Notes under the pieces: generated by a model
Database searches by the model: none
What the model saw: only the letters and a program-made list of their open reading frames with translations
Told to the model about the DNA's origin: nothing
Made by a program: the position numbers and the translations under genes
In this document: in pieces, positions 61,270 through 64,000 of the stretch
Layout: every line of letters begins with the position of its first letter
Position numbering within the stretch: position 1 is the first letter of the stretch
DNA from: Candidatus Latescibacterota bacterium
GTDB taxonomy: Bacteria; Latescibacterota; UBA2968; GCA-2709665
Assembly: GCA_965226795.1 (NCBI GenBank)
Contig: CBDDDZ010000005.1
Span: forward strand, 2,272,001 to 2,336,000
Direction: 5' to 3'
Length of the DNA stretch: 64,000 nucleotides

Positions 61270-61743
61270 CTAACCGGTCCAGATATGCTCAAAGTTCTCG
61301 GTTTCATCTGGACGCTCAAACTGAGTCACGAAGCTCAAAAATGCATCTTCGTTAATCCAAAGCGAATTCTCATCCTCGTTGGTGCGGCTCAGTACCCGAG
61401 CCTCTAAGACATCAATCGGCGCGTCCAGATAATAGAGCCTTGACTCCACGCCAATGTAGTCTACGGACTCCCTCATCGCGTCTCGATCCTTACGGCGCCA
61501 GAACCCGTAGTCAAAGATCACGTCATTTCCAAGCACGAGATTCCGTGAGGCGTTCTGCCAGATTAGATCCGCCACCTTGCGGTAATGGGTCTCGAACTCT
61601 TGCTTCGGCGGACACCGCCCGAAAAGATGAGCGAGCCACTCATCGTGCGAATACCGGACCGCCCGTTGCGTTTCTTCAAGTTCAATCGCAAACGTAGTCT
61701 TGCCAGCTCCAGGCAAGCCACAGAGTAGGTGAGCAGTCGTCAT
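61270..61743 (-). CDS. AAA_33-like P-loop kinase
   Basis: CGLPGAGKTT, S.DEW, VIFDYGFW.R..R. Confidence 0.85.
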   Translation of the reverse strand: MTTAHLLCGLPGAGKTTFAIELEETQRAVRYSHDEWLAHLFGRCPPKQEFETHYRKVADLIWQNASRNLVLGNDVIFDYGFWRRKDRDAMRESVDYIGVESRLYYLDAPIDVLEARVLSRTNEDENSLWINEDAFLSFVTQFERPDETENFEHIWTG

Positions 61744-61757
61744 TCGATTCTGCCTTC

Positions 61758-61854
61758 GCCTAACGCTTCAGGGTTTGCGAACCCGGAGCGAAGCGAAGGG
61801 TTGCCCGATAGGGCCAAGCGGCGTATGCCGCACCGCGCAAGATCGGTGTTAACG
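61758..61854 (-). repeat. attC site
   Basis: GCCTAAC...TTTGCGAACCC...GGGTTGCCCGATAGGGCC...GCGCAAG...GTTAACG. Confidence 0.85.
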
Positions 61855-61866
61855 GAAGTACGATCA

Positions 61867-62081
61867 TCACAGAAGCTTACGAAATTCTTCAGTGGTTAAT
61901 CCGGCATCCCTAACAATTCCTCCCATTGTAAAGGCATTCACAGGGTTGTTTCGTGGAACAGTCAGAATTCGTACTCCCTCCGTCATAATGATATGCTTTT
62001 GCCCTGGCGTGCAATGCGAAACCCCGCTTTCTCAAAAGCTCGCACGGCATTCAAATGGCTGACACCTGGAATTTTTGGCAT
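61867..62081 (-). pseudogene. hicA: HicA toxin with a +2 frameshift
   Basis: MPKIPGVSHLNAVRAFEKAGFRIARQG, then KHIIMTEGVRILTVPRNNPVNAFTMGGIVRDAGLTTEEFRKLL* after removing AA at ~61998. Confidence 0.85.
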
Positions 62082-62082
62082 C

Positions 62083-62280
62083 CTATACCGTCAACTCGAT
62101 CTCTCGTATCTCCGCGCCATCTAACAGATCGTCAACGACAGTAAGATATTCACGAATTGCTGTTTCGATGTTTGCAACCGCCTCATCTTCCGTGTTTCCT
62201 TGTGACCAACAACCTGGCAAGCCAGGCACCGAAACGCTAAAGCCTTCGTCGGATTTATGAAGGGCAACTTTGTACCTCAT
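62083..62280 (-). CDS. hicB: HicB family antitoxin
   Basis: EGFSVSVPGLPGCWSQGNTEDEAVANIETAIREYL; GGAGG RBS. Confidence 0.9.
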   Translation of the reverse strand: MRYKVALHKSDEGFSVSVPGLPGCWSQGNTEDEAVANIETAIREYLTVVDDLLDGAEIREIELTV

Positions 62281-62371
62281 TGGGACCTCCATGCGGTTGT
62301 TAATTCGGGTGTTTGATAACAAACCTTGTTATCTTGATTTGCAGGCCGATACTGTGATTTTGGTCTCTTCA

Positions 62372-62453
62372 AGATATCGTTCTCGCCGTGCCCGAACCGC
62401 GAAAGTGGTTGCACGAAGGGCGCAGCCCGTCGCCGTGCACGGTCGTGTTATGT
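62372..62453 (-). repeat. attC site
   Basis: AGATATC...CCGTGCCCG-AACCGCGAAAGTGGTT-GCACGAAGGGCGCAGCCC...GCACGG-TCGTGTTATGT. Confidence 0.8.
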
Positions 62454-62477
62454 GAAGTCACCTCTCTCCCTACGAGG

Positions 62478-62705
62478 CTATGGTAAGGCGTTTCCTATTC
62501 CTGCCTTGATCGCTTTGTAGGCCAGGGGTGAGAGTAAGGGCTTCCCTCGCTCAACTTTGGCCTCGAACGTGTCAAGTTCCTCAACCGTGAAATGGGATCT
62601 CGGCATGAATTCCAGTAGCGCAATCGCGATCTCCTCCGTCGCCTTCAGCAGCGCGTTGCCGATCACCTCGAACTGGATCGGATTGACTTCGGTCTTCGCA
62701 TGCAA
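62478..62705 (-). pseudogene. chimeric remnant beginning like a hydantoinase B/oxoprolinase N-terminus
   Basis: VNPIQFEVIGNAL.KATEE followed by unrelated sequence; strong AAGGAG RBS. Confidence 0.45.
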
Positions 62706-62734
62706 CTACGGAATCTCCTTTAAGAAATGCCCTA

Positions 62735-63862
62735 TCAGGCCGGTGTTCCGTGCCAGAAATCGTTGTACGCCGCCAGCGGCCCGTCCCCGTGCGGCCCGGT
62801 AGCCAGATCCAGCCCCCCGAAGAGATAGACGGACTCGCCCCCCACTGTCATAACGGGGATTCGCCTGACACCGGGACGTTCGGCGCCAGCAGAGTAATCC
62901 TCCGCACCGTTGTGTGGATATAGACAGTCCCACCGGCCGGCACGAAGATCGTACTGCCACAGATCGTTCAGCTGGGGGTGCTCCCCTTCCCCTCCTGCAA
63001 ATCCTCCGAACAGATACAGGTGATCTCCGATCACAGCGTATCCCAGCCCGTACCGAGGGGAAGGCCGTGCAACATCATCCGACCGGTTCTCCTGAATGCA
63101 GGTCCAGGCGCCTCCGTCGGGATCGTATTCCCACAGATCGTTGTAGAACTCCGGCGCTCGACCCTGACTGTCCCGACCGCCCCACAGGTAGAGCCTGCCG
63201 TTCCAGCCGGCCAGCACGGGACAGTATCGTTTCGGCGGCCAACCGTTGCGTCCATTCGATGCAGGCCCCAGGTGCTCCCATTTCCCGGCCGGCGCCTTGT
63301 AGGTCCACAGCTGTGCGTGCGTCATCGCGCCATGGCCCCCCATCAGATACAGGTAATCACCCAGAACGGCCGCCCCCATCCCGCCCGAACCGGCGGGACG
63401 ATGCCCATCCGCCGTTATTCCTGATGCGCGCCCGTCGTCGGGCTCTAACAGCTCCCACGAGGCTGTCTTCGGATCGTAGGCCCAGAGATCGTTCAGCTTG
63501 ATCTCCCTCTTGCCGGGGCCCCGCACTGAGGACCCGCCAAAAAGATAAAGCCTGCCGTTCACGGGCAGCCAGGTCGTGAGCTTCCGGGTACACGGTCTGG
63601 TATCGGACGGTCTGAACCCGATGCGCCCATCGTGGTCTTCCAACCGCGTCCACCGGCCTCGACCCGGGTCGTAGCGCCACAGGTCGTTCAATGAGCCCTG
63701 GACGGAAAGATCTCCAGGCCCTTTCGGCCGGCCGTACATCACTTTTATCCCCCCGAACAGGTAGACGCATCCATTGTAGCTCAACATCCCGCCGAAGGCC
63801 GCCCGCCTACAGGGTACATCCTCGGCTTGCTCCTGGTCCGGATGCAGCAGTTCCCACTTCAT
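62735..63862 (-). CDS. kelch repeat beta-propeller protein
   Basis: Repeated LYLFGG...NDLW.YD....W. Confidence 0.88.
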   Translation of the reverse strand: MKWELLHPDQEQAEDVPCRRAAFGGMLSYNGCVYLFGGIKVMYGRPKGPGDLSVQGSLNDLWRYDPGRGRWTRLEDHDGRIGFRPSDTRPCTRKLTTWLPVNGRLYLFGGSSVRGPGKREIKLNDLWAYDPKTASWELLEPDDGRASGITADGHRPAGSGGMGAAVLGDYLYLMGGHGAMTHAQLWTYKAPAGKWEHLGPASNGRNGWPPKRYCPVLAGWNGRLYLWGGRDSQGRAPEFYNDLWEYDPDGGAWTCIQENRSDDVARPSPRYGLGYAVIGDHLYLFGGFAGGEGEHPQLNDLWQYDLRAGRWDCLYPHNGAEDYSAGAERPGVRRIPVMTVGGESVYLFGGLDLATGPHGDGPLAAYNDFWHGTPA

Positions 63863-64000
63863 AGTGGACCTCCGCACGGCCTGACTTGTGATTCTGCGGA
63901 GAAAGTTCGGCATATTCCATTCGTAGCCGAAAAACTTGATACAGTTTATTCGCCGTGGAAGACTTCAAAATAAGGTGGTTGTTGCCTTTTGTGCGCGATT

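Noticed and set aside
46228..62453. CRISPR array interpretation of the recurring palindromes
   Set aside because: Repeats are 70-150 bp, divergent and separated by whole genes rather than 30-40 bp spacers; no cas genes are evident.
1..64000. Integron integrase, reverse transcriptase or group II intron in the window
   Set aside because: No ORF shows tyrosine-recombinase (R...HxxR...Y) or RT (YADD) motifs.

Overview
This 64-kb window is mostly a long, decaying integron-type gene-cassette array with no integrase visible in the window (CALIN or part of a larger chromosomal integron). About 65 short genes lie almost all on the minus strand. They encode SAM methyltransferases, GNATs, NUDIX and HAD hydrolases, metallophosphoesterases, phosphotransferases, two AAC(3)-family acetyltransferases, toxin-antitoxin pairs and several nuclease/defence-like proteins. 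Roughly 30-40 attC-like palindromic sites (RYYYAAC...GTTRRRY) separate them. These are clearest at 46-62.5 kb and eroded further left. Many cassettes are bounded by their own 9-17 bp inverted repeats, the footprint expected of integrase excision and re-insertion. A ~20-nt palindromic element (CCCTGAGC[CT]TGTCGAAGGG) has repeatedly colonised attC loops and even itself, forming nested stacks, and one paralogous attC pair shows an empty and a filled state. Three IS elements (IS21, IS1380, IS3) and a 160-bp MITE interrupt or delete cassettes. Both HicA toxins and many other cassettes carry frameshifts or nonsense codons. All product calls come from recognising motifs by eye, not from database searches.
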